From Corallochytrium limacisporum Hawaii (taxonomy: Eukaryota > Protista > Pluriformea): a stretch of DNA of 64,000 bases. The stretch spans positions 124,001 through 188,000 of the forward strand of contig PDIP01000032.1 of assembly GCA_002811645.1 (NCBI GenBank). Reading direction: 5' to 3'. The stretch's first letter is position 1. Every line of letters begins with the position of its first letter. Below are positions 26,775 to 37,909 of this stretch, one piece after another. The position numbers were made by a program, and so were the translations under genes. The notes beneath the pieces were generated by a model. The model was given only the letters and a program-made list of their open reading frames with translations, was not told the origin of the DNA and ran no database searches.

Positions 26775-26978
26775 NNNNNNNNNNNNNNNNNNNNNNNNNN
26801 NNNNNNNNNNNNNNNNNNNNNNNNNNNNNNNNNNNNNNNNNNNNNNNNNNNNNNNNNNNNNNNNNNNNNNNNNNNNNNNNNNNNNNNNNNNNNNNNNNNN
26901 NNNNNNNNNNNNNNNNNNNNNNNNNNNNNNNNNNNNNNNNNNNNNNNNNNNNNNNNNNNNNNNNNNNNNNNNNNNNNN
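26775..26978. other. Assembly gap
   Basis: N run flanked by G-tracts. Confidence 0.99.
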
Positions 26979-28424
26979 GGGGGGGGAGGAAGAGAACGGG
27001 ATTACGGAAGCACAAAAGCGGGGAGCGGGAAAGAGAGAAGGGGGGGGGAGTGAGATGGGGGACCTCTCCCTCCATTAAGGAGTCTTTCTGAAGAAACGTG
27101 GAGGCCTTGCTCACCACCGCGGAGAGGGGGGGGGAACGGGTATCCGTACTGCCAGGGATACCCAGCGTCGCCTGTTGACCACATTCCCTCTTCCTTCGGG
27201 GGCCCCTTCGATTTGCATTGTTTCGCATCGGCGGGGATCATTTGTGCCTGAACGAATAAAGCCAGTGTACGAGCACCCTAATCGTCGTTGAAAACAATTT
27301 TTTTCTTTTCCTGGATTGCTATCCCCTATCAGTCCGTGGTATGTTCCACTGCGACGCACTGACGACGATGTTGTTTCACTGTATTCTCTCTTGGGTTATA
27401 TCGTGGATCACCCAGCCTGATTAGCTATCTTTGTCGGCCGACTAAGAGACAAAATCTGCCGCCCTGCTTCTCGCTCTTCCTTTCGATGATCCGGGGATGG
27501 ATGCCTCCTTTGTGATTGTTCCGCCGGCCGTATCCTGCCCCCATCGCCTGGACTGGAGAAGGAACGCGAGTGACTGTGTGCGATGGCCCGTTAGGGACAC
27601 AAACATGGGTAATACCTACCTACCTTTTTTTAACCCCCAACATTGGAAACTCAAGTAGAATGTCACCAGAAAAGAATATCTTCTTTTTGACGTACTTGCG
27701 CTCTGTGCCTCCTGCAACCGCTCTGAACTGCTTCGCCGGGGGTGGGGGGAGAGCGGAGTCAGGTATATAAATCGGCTCCCCCGTTGGTACGCGAACGTCT
27801 CCAGGAACCATGCACGCACGGCGCGGGCCCGGAAGCTAGAGAGCGAGCAGAGGAAAGACGAGCAGGGGATCAGATCCCCCGGGACCTTTTGTGCTCTCCT
27901 TCTTTCAGTGTTTACGCATTTGCTAGGCAGCAGCGCGACTGCCTGCTCTCTCGCATATTTATCAGAACTCGTGGACCTTTTAGTCGGATGTCTTTTCTCT
28001 CCCTGAGTCACTCCTGCACCACTGTTGCTGCGCGCAGCCATGATGATGATAAAATCGGGAATGATATAAAGGAGAACGTTAAAAAGTACAAATAGTGGGA
28101 ACTGCTTGTCCGTTCACCACCACGGGGGGGGGGTCCACGAGAAGGGGAGGGGAAGCGCCGTAGTGACACGCTGTGCGATGAAACTTCTGCCGTGTATTCA
28201 TCAGAAGAAACAGACCATGATGCCAATCGATACAAAGTTAGAAACAGCGGTAACGCTCTCTTTTGGGCAAGAAGTTATCGCGAAGTCATTATACGTCTCA
28301 ATTGCTAGACTTTGGACGGTGCCTCAGCCGAGGGATGGGCGTGGATTTATTTTGTTGACTTTGCCTAACTAAAAGTTACAATGATATGGATATGTGGTTG
28401 TCTGACGACTAAGCATGCAATACC

Positions 28425-31400
28425 TTAGGCATCGACCATCTCGCAAATGAGATCATTGGCCTGCAGTTCATCGCCTTGTTCCACAGAAACCTTGGTGATG
28501 GAACCCTTGAATGGAGCAGTAACCACAGTCTCCATCTTCATGGCACTCAAGATGGCCAGAGGATCGCCCTTGCCGAGCTTATCACCGACCTTCACCTTCA
28601 CGCTCAGCACGGAGCCAGGCATGGGGGCACCGATTGATCCCTTGTTGCCCTTATCGGCCTGTTCGCGGTTACCGAGGTGGGCACCAGCTGTCTTGTCCAT
28701 GATATGAATGCTACGGGGCTGACCATTGACCTCAAAGTACAGCTCCCGCTGGCCGCGAGCGTCAACATCACCGATGGCCTTCAGAGTGATATGCAGAGTC
28801 TTACCCTTCTGGATCTCAATCTCAATCTCCTGGTGCCGCGTCATACCCTTGAAAAAGGTGGCAGTGTCCACCTTGGACACATCACCGTACTCCTTGCGGA
28901 AGGCGATGTACTCGTCGGTTACCGCCGGGTACAGAGCATAGTTGAGAGCATCCGTCTCCCAGATAGTCTTGTTGTAGTAGTTGGCGAAGTGGTCTTCCTT
29001 GATCTTCTTCTTGATGGCATCAAAGTCCACAGGGGGGAGGTCGGCACCCGGCCGGCCACTGTAGACAGTGCGACTGCCCACAACCGTCTCCGCCAGGGCC
29101 TGCGGGAACCCGTTTGGCGGTTGACCAATCAGTCCCTGGAAGAATTCAATCACAGAATTGGGGAAGTTCAAACTGGCTGCCCTGTCGTTAAGCTGCTCCA
29201 CCGTTTCAATCTTGTTTTGCACCATAAACTGAGCGAGGTCGCCGACAATCTTCGAAGAAGGAGTCACTTTGACCAGGTCACCGAGCGCAATGTTCGCAAC
29301 AGCGTATGCCTTCTTGATCTGGTTCCACTCGTGTAGGAGACCCAAAGAGAACGCCTGGAACTGGAGGTTGGTATACTGACCGCCAGGAATCTCGTGTTCG
29401 TAAACGTCGGAAGAACCGCTCTTCATGGACTGGGTGCACTCGAATGGAGCGTAGAGACGGCGAACACCTTCGAAATAGTTGGAGATGTTGGTCAGATGCT
29501 CTGAGTCGAGACCAGTGTCGTAGCCTTCGGCCTTCAGCAGGGCGTTCAGCGCACCAATGGAAGGCTGGGAGGTCATGCCGGACATGGAATCGACGGCAGC
29601 ATCGACGGCATCGGCACCGGACTGAATGCAAGCGACCATGGAGGCTACACCAGCACCGGCAGTATCATGAGTGTGGACATGGATCGGAATCTCTGGGAAC
29701 TCCTCACGGAGAGCACCCACCAGCAGTCGAGCACCATTCGGCTTCAGTAGACCGGCCATGTCTTTGATACACAACACATGAGCGCCACCGCTGACCAATT
29801 TACGAGCAAAGTCCAGGTAGTAGTCCAGCGTGTACACGGAGCCCTTGCGAGGATTGGCAACATCGCCAGTGTAACAGATGGCGGCCTCGACGATACCACC
29901 AGCCTGGTTAACGGCATCCATTCCGACTTGGATGTTGGGGTAGTAGTTGAGGGAGTCAAACACACGGAAGACATCCATGCCGTGCTCCTTTGCTTCCTTG
30001 CAAAACTTGTAGACGACATTATCAGCGTAGTTGGTGTATCCGACAGCGTTGGCACCGCGCAGCAGCATGCTGAAAGGGACATTGGGGATGCGCTCACGAA
30101 GACGGATCAGACGATCCCAGGGATCCTCACGGAGGAAGCGGAGAGCAACATCATAGGTGGCACCACCCCAGCATTCAAGGGCGTAGGCACCTCCCATGGT
30201 CTGGGCCATATACGGAGCAATGGTCAGCATATCGGCGGTACGCATACGAGTGGCCAGAAGGGATTGGTGTGCATCACGGAGCGTGGTGTCCATCATGAGG
30301 GCCTGCCCGTTCTTACGACGATTGCGGACTTCCTTGGCAAAGGCCTCGGGTCCGTCTTGAAGGAAAATGTCACGCAAACCTTCCGGGCGCTTGGTTGAGG
30401 GCACAATTGGCACGTCAACCTTGACATCACCAATCACGGCGTCCGGAACACCCAAGGGCATCATGGGCCCGTTTACAGTGGTCTCACCAATGAAGTGAAG
30501 AAGGCGCTGGGCGCGGTTCTGGCTCATCTGGTCGTCGGTAGGGCGCGTGAGGTCAGGGTGGGTTCCGATAAAATCTGTGGTGACAGCACCATCCACGAAA
30601 TCCGGATGGTTCAACACATTGTAGATGAAGGGAATGTTGGTCTTCACGCCACGGATGCGGAATTCGGACAGAGCACGGCTCAGCTTGCGGCAAGCCTCTT
30701 GGTGGGTCTTACCACGGGAGATGACCTTTACCAGCAGAGAATCGTAGAAAGGAGTAATGATGGAACCCGAGAACCCGGAACCGGCGTCGAGACGGATACC
30801 CATGCCCTCACCGGCGCGGTAGTGGCTGATGCGGCCAGTGTCTGGGCGGAAGTCTTGCGAGGGATCTTCCGTGGTCACACGGGCCTGGATGGCATTCCCG
30901 CGGCACTCGATGGTGTCCTGAGACAGACCGAGCTCGCTCAGACTCTTGCCAGATGCCACACCAATCTGTGTCTGCACCAAATCCACTCCAGTAACTTCTT
31001 CGGTCACGGTGTGTTCGACCTGCAGACGGGCATTAACTTCAATGAAGTAGTAGTTACCGTTCTTGTCCAGCAAGTATTCCACAGTACCCGCATTATAGTA
31101 TCCGGCGTGCTGGGCCAGCTTGACCGCATCCTTGAGCATGCTCTCACGCACCACGGGGTCCAAATCCATAGCCGGCGCCAGTTCAATGACCTTTTGGTGA
31201 CGACGCTGCACACTACAGTCACGCTCGTAGAGGTGAACAACGTTGCCGTACTCATCACCCATGACCTGCACCTCAATATGACGCGGCTTCTCGATAAACT
31301 TTTCAATAAACACAGAACCGTTGCCAAAGGCAGCGAGGGCCTCAGAGGTGGCACGTTCAAAGGCGTCAGCGTACTCGGACTCGCTGTTAACAATGCGCAT

Positions 31401-32048
31401 ACCACGACCACCGCCGCCGTAGGCAGCCTTCAGAATGACGGGGAATCCAGCTTCCTGGCAGAACTTCAGGCCACTGGCAGCATTAGTGATAGCTTCCGGG
31501 GTACCGGGAACGGTCTGTACCCCGGCAGCTTCAGCAATCTTACGGGCCTCGGTCTTGTCTCCCATCTTAAAAATGGCATCCGGTGAAGGACCGATGAACT
31601 TAATACCGGCTTTCGTACATTCACGGGCAAAGTCGCTACGCTCAGATAGGAAGCCATATCCGGGATGAATGGCATCGACATCGTTTGCGGCAGCGAGTGC
31701 GACAATTTCCTTGATGTTCAGGTAGGCTTCGACGGGTGCGAGACCCTGACCAACCATGTAGGCCTCATCAGCCTTCTGGCGGTGCATGCTGCGAGAGTCT
31801 TCCTTGGAGTAGATGGCAACCGTACGGATGCCCATTTCAGTGGCGGCGCGCATCACACGGATGGCAATCTCACCACGGTTGGCAATCATGATCTTCTTGA
31901 TTTCGCGAGGGCTTCCCGCGAGGTCTTCGGCTTTCCCGCTAATGTAACGCCTGCTTGTGGAGTTGCACAGTGTTGGCCGAAGTGCGCGAACAGCAACACC
32001 CGGCCAGACACCTGGTCTGGCACGGAACAATACAGCAGCAGAAGCCAT
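28425..32048 (-). CDS. PC: Pyruvate carboxylase with N-terminal mitochondrial presequence
   Basis: Motifs IANRGEIAIR, GGGGRGMR, RDCSVQRRHQK, RDAHQSLLATR, HVHTHD and the biotin site AMKM are present. An Arg-rich, acid-free N-terminus starts at ATG 32048. Confidence 0.98.
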   Translation of the reverse strand: MASAAVLFRARPGVWPGVAVRALRPTLCNSTSRRYISGKAEDLAGSPREIKKIMIANRGEIAIRVMRAATEMGIRTVAIYSKEDSRSMHRQKADEAYMVGQGLAPVEAYLNIKEIVALAAANDVDAIHPGYGFLSERSDFARECTKAGIKFIGPSPDAIFKMGDKTEARKIAEAAGVQTVPGTPEAITNAASGLKFCQEAGFPVILKAAYGGGGRGMRIVNSESEYADAFERATSEALAAFGNGSVFIEKFIEKPRHIEVQVMGDEYGNVVHLYERDCSVQRRHQKVIELAPAMDLDPVVRESMLKDAVKLAQHAGYYNAGTVEYLLDKNGNYYFIEVNARLQVEHTVTEEVTGVDLVQTQIGVASGKSLSELGLSQDTIECRGNAIQARVTTEDPSQDFRPDTGRISHYRAGEGMGIRLDAGSGFSGSIITPFYDSLLVKVISRGKTHQEACRKLSRALSEFRIRGVKTNIPFIYNVLNHPDFVDGAVTTDFIGTHPDLTRPTDDQMSQNRAQRLLHFIGETTVNGPMMPLGVPDAVIGDVKVDVPIVPSTKRPEGLRDIFLQDGPEAFAKEVRNRRKNGQALMMDTTLRDAHQSLLATRMRTADMLTIAPYMAQTMGGAYALECWGGATYDVALRFLREDPWDRLIRLRERIPNVPFSMLLRGANAVGYTNYADNVVYKFCKEAKEHGMDVFRVFDSLNYYPNIQVGMDAVNQAGGIVEAAICYTGDVANPRKGSVYTLDYYLDFARKLVSGGAHVLCIKDMAGLLKPNGARLLVGALREEFPEIPIHVHTHDTAGAGVASMVACIQSGADAVDAAVDSMSGMTSQPSIGALNALLKAEGYDTGLDSEHLTNISNYFEGVRRLYAPFECTQSMKSGSSDVYEHEIPGGQYTNLQFQAFSLGLLHEWNQIKKAYAVANIALGDLVKVTPSSKIVGDLAQFMVQNKIETVEQLNDRAASLNFPNSVIEFFQGLIGQPPNGFPQALAETVVGSRTVYSGRPGADLPPVDFDAIKKKIKEDHFANYYNKTIWETDALNYALYPAVTDEYIAFRKEYGDVSKVDTATFFKGMTRHQEIEIEIQKGKTLHITLKAIGDVDARGQRELYFEVNGQPRSIHIMDKTAGAHLGNREQADKGNKGSIGAPMPGSVLSVKVKVGDKLGKGDPLAILSAMKMETVVTAPFKGSITKVSVEQGDELQANDLICEMVDA

Positions 32049-35000
32049 TGTTTGCGGTGATAAACAACGGAACCTTCTACCTACTGTATGATATTGTTGT
32101 GATGAGATCAATGATCATCGCACTAGCGGGTCATGCTGCGATGTGTTATGTACCACTACTTCTGGGTAAGATGAAAACCGCAGAGAAGAGGCCGTGGACT
32201 CTGGTCACAGACGGCGGATCGTGCAAAAGAGTCCCCGATTCGAAGCCATAGTAGAATATACACGTCCGTCCATATCATCTGTACGGCCCAGGAACCCCTT
32301 TCTGCAATATGTGAAGAGAAGAAGGGGGGGCCAATTAGGCACTGCTGATGATGCGATTCGCGATCTCAGGGCGCAATATTGAAACGGCGGCCCACTGTTC
32401 GGTTCAAACTGTTTTGCCAACAAACCATTGGTCCGAGATTTCGAAACGCACCTCATCAGCACGCTTGCAGGCTGGCTGTAGCCCGTTTCGCTCCGCTCAT
32501 TCTCGGAGAGAGATGGAGAGCGACGATAGCCAACACCAGAAGTTTGGTCATTCAAAACCTGAACCCAGGGGCATCAATAGCGGCAAGAGAACCCCTTTTT
32601 ATGAATGCAGTCCTGTCCCCAACATCAACACAGAGTCATACTGCACGCCGCGTTTGCAACCGACACATCAACACCGCCACCAAGAACCTGTCATCGAGTC
32701 TACAGACATGCATCAAACTGACATCCACAACTCATCAATTCCTCCTTCACTAATCTTCGTTATCTCTTGTCTTTTGGCGAAGATGCTCGCGAGGTGGCCA
32801 ATTTCCCCGTGGTTTTCCTTTCAGGATCGATGACGTTCGGTGTGTCGTTGTTTTGATTTTGGGTTCCACTCGTGGACCTGCCACAACGGACTTAGTATGT
32901 GTCCCTCATGTCCCAGAGAAATGGAAGTGGACGAAGGGCTCGATTACTCAGTGTAAGCACGCGATGTTGTTTTCTGACCGCCATTCGAACTCAGCGAGTT
33001 CTGACTACGACAATGCAAATTCTCTGCGTGAAGGTCTGTCACGACATTGCGAATTCTTTGTATTAAAGTCTGCCACAGTTCGTTTGTTTTGGTTTCCCTT
33101 CGCCTGGGTCCCGAAGTTATGCCTTCGAACGTAGAATTTTTCGCAGCGAATCCCCCAGAACAAAAAAAAAAACCAGAACTCGTAACCTGTTGCGCTACTT
33201 CAGCAGTTCCAGCGGGGAAGCGGGCTAATTTTGTCCATGAGAAAAGTCAGTATTTCTACCGCTGCCGACATACCTACGACACTGACACCAGCCCACCCAA
33301 ATATTATAAAGGGGAAGAGACGGAAGAATTCTTGAAGTGTCGGTGTTCGAATATTGCAGAGTTGTTCTAATTTCTAAATGCAAAATAAAGGAGTCATAAA
33401 TGCCACGGGACATGTGGCTCTCGCAGTGCTGCAGGCATGAATATGTCCCTTGCAGCTCCGCCCGTCCCCACAGCAGCAGGAGGGAGGACCCTGTGGGTGT
33501 ATCAGAGAGGCGATCGTTATTGACAAGTCACACGAAGAGGTGAACTTGTAGTCGGATAGGCCCGCCTCCCTGATGAGCATTGTTGTTCCTTTTCACTGTG
33601 TACCGCAGCGATTGAAATTCGACCAGTGGGACGGCATTTTGTGGACGTATGTCTATGAAGTCCGAGTTTGCCAGGGGTTTGGACCACCCTGGTGACACTC
33701 AGGAACTTCGCCCCCTGCTGAATACAACAATACATGCTTTGTTTTCCTATTCCCTCCCCAGCGGAGCGGGGCCCCTATATTTTCTCATGTCAAACATTTC
33801 TGGTGGGCTCGGTGGGTGCTGTTTGCTGCAGAGGCTGGGCATCAGTCCTTGATCCCAGAAGTTGAAAACACGGTCTGGACTACGGATGTTGGTAGCCAGA
33901 GAAAAGTGGCTATGTGGCACACTGGGGGAGACACACGTATTTTCGGGTCTATCTAGTGTGCGGAGGCCGGGATCCACGGGCCCTTTGTTCTCATAGTTCC
34001 CGCTAAGAGAACCATCACGCGGCTATCGCCTACCCCTTGGGGTCATAAGGGCGACCACAGGGACTGAAAATACACATGATTTGACGATTTTTGTGGAACT
34101 GGCTTTAGAAATTTTGTTGTTTCAATTGGAAATGCCGTATTGCGGTGGGGAGACTGAACTGGTGAGAAGTGTTCTCACCAGTTGACTCGAAGCTGTTTAC
34201 TTCGTCGTGCCTAAGGAGCTAGGAACCAGAACTCCCCTCGCTCGAAATAAACACCGACACGTAATATGTGTGCAACGAACGACGAGGGATCAAAGAGGTA
34301 TCCCTGATCATGGGTATGGATGCGCTCCAAAGGAGCAACGAGAGGAGGGATGGACTTATTAGGCATCGAACATGCGCACATTTTGTTTTCTTGCTTGTTA
34401 GAATTTTGCTGGTGATATCCATACCGGCACAGTAAGCACGGTACGGGGCATACCATACTATGGTAGGGTGATCTGTAACTATCGACGCAGTGGATGATGA
34501 TGGCAGATCAAAGGTGGAGAGAGTTAACCCCCCCCCCGGGGGGACCTCATCGAGGACGGTGGTGAGTCTCGGGGTGCGTGGCGCAAGCGAAAGAGCTCCA
34601 TCCGCCCCCTCGCAATATTGAGAACCCAGTCCCTGAGCTCCTACTTTTCTTCTCTCAATAGCCCAAGTATGGTAAGTTTATTTTTGGGGTACCTCTCGAA
34701 GGGGGCGGGCAGGGAAGAGAGGGAGTGAGGGTTCATTAAATAGGCCCCCGTTTAGGCAGCTGGCGACCGCGTAGCCCGTTTGTACGGTATACTTCCGGAC
34801 ATTTATGAACCTCGATCCGTCTCACGTTTGCCCGTCCGAACGGGCTGAATCCAAAACTTTTCTGAGGGTCTCTTGAAGCCGGTGCTCCGGAGAGTCGCCT
34901 GCGGAAACACGAACCCCGGCAGGCAGGCCTTCAGAGATTTCTTGTGCGCAAGGCGAATTAAGGAGGGCAGGCCTTGGGAGGGGCAGGCTCAGGGAAGCGA

Positions 35001-35108
35001 CTTCTACACCTGTTTGGGACCCGAACGAAGTCTGCTTCCGCTTACGTGTTTTAGGAAGACTTACCTGAAGCATTCGATCAGAAATGCATTTAGGGCAGGT
35101 ATTGACGC

Positions 35109-36418
35109 ATGAGCGTAGCAACGGGAAATGTATCCACAGCGGTATTCCTCAGAAGCAAGCCCATGGGAGACCTGAGCGAGGTTCCGAATCTAGGTACGCT
35201 TGCCGCTCAGTTTGGTAGTAATCTCACTCTCTCACAGACATCATTCAGCAGTAAGGACTTGATAACCGTTGGTGATGCTTTCACTGACGAGGATTGTGTT
35301 ACCATCGCAGCAATTATCGAAGAAAATCGGATGGCCGCCTGCAAGGCCCGATCGCGACCCCGAAACAAAGATTCTTCATGAGCTGCAAAACTTTCCGAAC
35401 GGGCCTTGATTATGGCTTTAAAAGCACTGAAGTACGCAAAGATGCTTGATCTCATTCTTGAAAGGAGTAAGTTTCTCGTACACTATCCCGATCTGTCAAA
35501 TGATTAGAATTGGCTTCATGGGATGCTCTTCCCTGCAATCGTTTCCAGTGCGGTGACGACGGCGTCCGTGAAGAGCTAAATCCCAACGGTCGCTGTAAAC
35601 AATTCTCTGTGGCCATACAGGAGCACCGAGTAAAACTTGCAGTAGCTCTAGCCAAGTCTCGGGTGGCATGGCAGGCGTCAACTATTCAGGATGTGCTGCC
35701 TGATGAGTATCAAAACAAGGAGTGCACTGGTGAGAAACAGTGGAGGTACATCTTGCTAGCGAATCCAATTCCACGAGCGCGCCTTCAAGAGACATTCGAG
35801 GCTGATGCGGGTACGTACGTGCCCTGGGACGAGTATCAGACCAATGGAGCGCAGTTGCGATCCTGGACAATCGATCCACTGGATTCCCGTTGTCTGGCAC
35901 TCACTCCCGACCTGGGTCCTGAAATTGAAACTCTGTCGGTCAACGAATTGACAGTAGCGATACTCGGCGATCGGGACGTGTCTCTGGCGCTTCACGCCCT
36001 GCTCAGTCCCCTGCCAGACGGCATGGATGGCACTTTTCAAAACGTGCTAATTTATGACGTAGGCAATGGTTCCATCCTTCCCGTGGGCAAGCTTCCTAAT
36101 CTCAAGTACGCTGTTTACCTCAGCAACTCTCTGCATAAGGGGGAGACAGAACCAATTGTTCAGATGGTGTTGTCATCATCCGAAAATACGCTTGCACTGC
36201 GACCTGTCCTGCCTGGTGTTGATTTTGGACAGGAAGACATCACGCAGAATGCACCCCATGTGCCTTGTTCGCCCATAAGCAATGGTTTCTACCTCGCTGA
36301 TTTCATACCAAAACCTACTGCAGTCTCCATCAAAGTGCCACCGTCCACCAAGAAGTTCAGAAAGAAAAAGTCAAAGGTAACGTCCAAGTCGATGGTCAAC
36401 CTGCAATGGCGATGGTAA
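35109..36418 (+). CDS. Unidentified protein; 41-nt intron at 35467-35507; in-frame TGA at 35379-35381 (or true start at ATG 35412)
   Basis: ORF 35109-35381 continues in frame after the TGA. Removing GTAAGT...TTAG joins that frame exactly to the 302-aa ORF (ER-K-LASWD). Confidence 0.6.
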
Positions 36419-36508
36419 TGTGATCAAACACCATGAAGCACTTGTTGTCACTGAAGTAGTCTTAGGAAATAAATGTCTATGCTGAAACACTTCGCCTACA
36501 TCCAAAGC

Positions 36509-37462
36509 TCACTTGCGGGCTGTTGTTATTGCAGCTCCCAATTCATTTTCTAACAGCTTTGCCTCAGAGTCTCTTCCACGTTTCTTCAAGTAGCTGGCAT
36601 ACGCGTTCAACAGATCCTCTGCTTCGTTAGCTTCCTCAAGTGACAGCAACCGTCCTTCATAGACGCCTTTCGCACTGCCATAGTATCCTTCAGTCAAAAG
36701 GGAAGAGTCATGGGCCGCATCCGCTCCCTTTGCGATTGCTGTCAGGATCACTCCAGCAAATGTGGACACGGCTTTCTCGCCGGCTTCGTTCCTCAGTTCG
36801 CCCACGGACTCTTCCATGATTTTCCTGTTCCCATCTAAGACGCTGACGGCTGCTTTCATAACAGTCGCTCCATGCAAGTCCGCGATCTTTGCTATATCGC
36901 CCTTTACGGACCCTTCGATGTTCGCCATCAGACATGAGCGTGCGACGTGTTCAATCGCTTCTTCGTCCTTGGAGGCTGCCACACTGTCAAACGCTTCCAT
37001 TGCAGACGCTTGTGATCCCTCCAGCAAATCGCAACGGCCGAGCAGTGCTTTACCTAAGGAGGAATGTGTACCGGTTCCGCTCAGAATTCTTCTAACTAGA
37101 TCATTCTTGTTGCTGCTGCTGGCAAGCAGTGCTAGATGTTGTTGGGAATCTTTGTCTAGAGCGCCAGACTTGTATAGCTTTGACAGAATGTTGAATGTGG
37201 TCTGGTGGTGTCCCTGCTGTGAGGAGATTTCGCATCCCACTTTTAGCGCATCTGTCTTGACTGGCATTTCATCCGGCAAGTTTTGCAAAATCTGCATAGC
37301 CCGTGTGTATTCTTGCCAAGCGAGGCCAGGTTTGCCATTCCTAAGTGCTTCATTTGCTGCTGCAATTTCGGGCAAGGTTTCTCCACCTGAGGAGAAGCTC
37401 CGCGTCCACAGTCGCCGTGATGCTGGACAACCGCGGCTGCTGAATGCTCGAAGTCCCAGCAT
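36509..37462 (-). CDS. Hypothetical helical/TPR-like protein, probably mitochondrial
   Basis: 317-aa ATG ORF with a presequence-like start (MLGLRAFSSRG...RSFSS) and Ala/Leu-rich amphipathic helices. Confidence 0.7.
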   Translation of the reverse strand: MLGLRAFSSRGCPASRRLWTRSFSSGGETLPEIAAANEALRNGKPGLAWQEYTRAMQILQNLPDEMPVKTDALKVGCEISSQQGHHQTTFNILSKLYKSGALDKDSQQHLALLASSSNKNDLVRRILSGTGTHSSLGKALLGRCDLLEGSQASAMEAFDSVAASKDEEAIEHVARSCLMANIEGSVKGDIAKIADLHGATVMKAAVSVLDGNRKIMEESVGELRNEAGEKAVSTFAGVILTAIAKGADAAHDSSLLTEGYYGSAKGVYEGRLLSLEEANEAEDLLNAYASYLKKRGRDSEAKLLENELGAAITTARK

Positions 37463-37909
37463 ACTGTTCCTTGGTCACCATTCGTCTACGAGAGCATGCT
37501 GACGTTAGAAGAGCGATGTTTCGTGTTCCAACGCTGTCCCAAAGTAGTTGTCTTGTGAGCTCAGCCGTGACGCAACTCTTGAGGGCTGAGTGGAGAAATT
37601 CCAGTGGAGAGTCTCACCAGAACAGGAGCACAGGAGGAGCAGGGAGGGACACCCCCACCCCCTCTCCCTCCCTCCCTCGAAAGAGGGGGGTGCGCTATGC
37701 AAAGTAGCTGGTTTCTCGATGGCCTGGTCTAATTTGGTGACCCGCGCTGCACATGTTCTAAGCCATTGCCTACGGTACTGTGCAGTAGGTTATGAAGACG
37801 ACCTTTTCTTCTTGGTACTTGGGCTCTGCATGAAGAAATAATTCACTGACTGGGACACAGAATCTTCATAAATACTTTCTAAATTGTAGATATTACAATT
37901 CAGAACACT

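Noticed and set aside
28447-32060. Long antisense ORFs over PC (likewise over SERCA, FATP, GATA and Munc18)
   Set aside because: These are shadow ORFs expected from biased codon usage on the coding strand.
32348-32833. 161-aa ORF in the PC upstream region
   Set aside because: No motif, composition is not gene-like, and overlapping ORFs of similar size are present.
33821-33870. U4-like words (TTTGCTGCAG ... GTTGAAAAC)
   Set aside because: It lacks the TGCTA stem-I sequence and the K-turn stem-loop. Kept only as a generic structured-RNA candidate.
35058-35068. ACTTACCTG resembling the U1 snRNA 5' end
   Set aside because: No U1 loop I/II motifs or Sm site follow, and it lies just before an ORF start.
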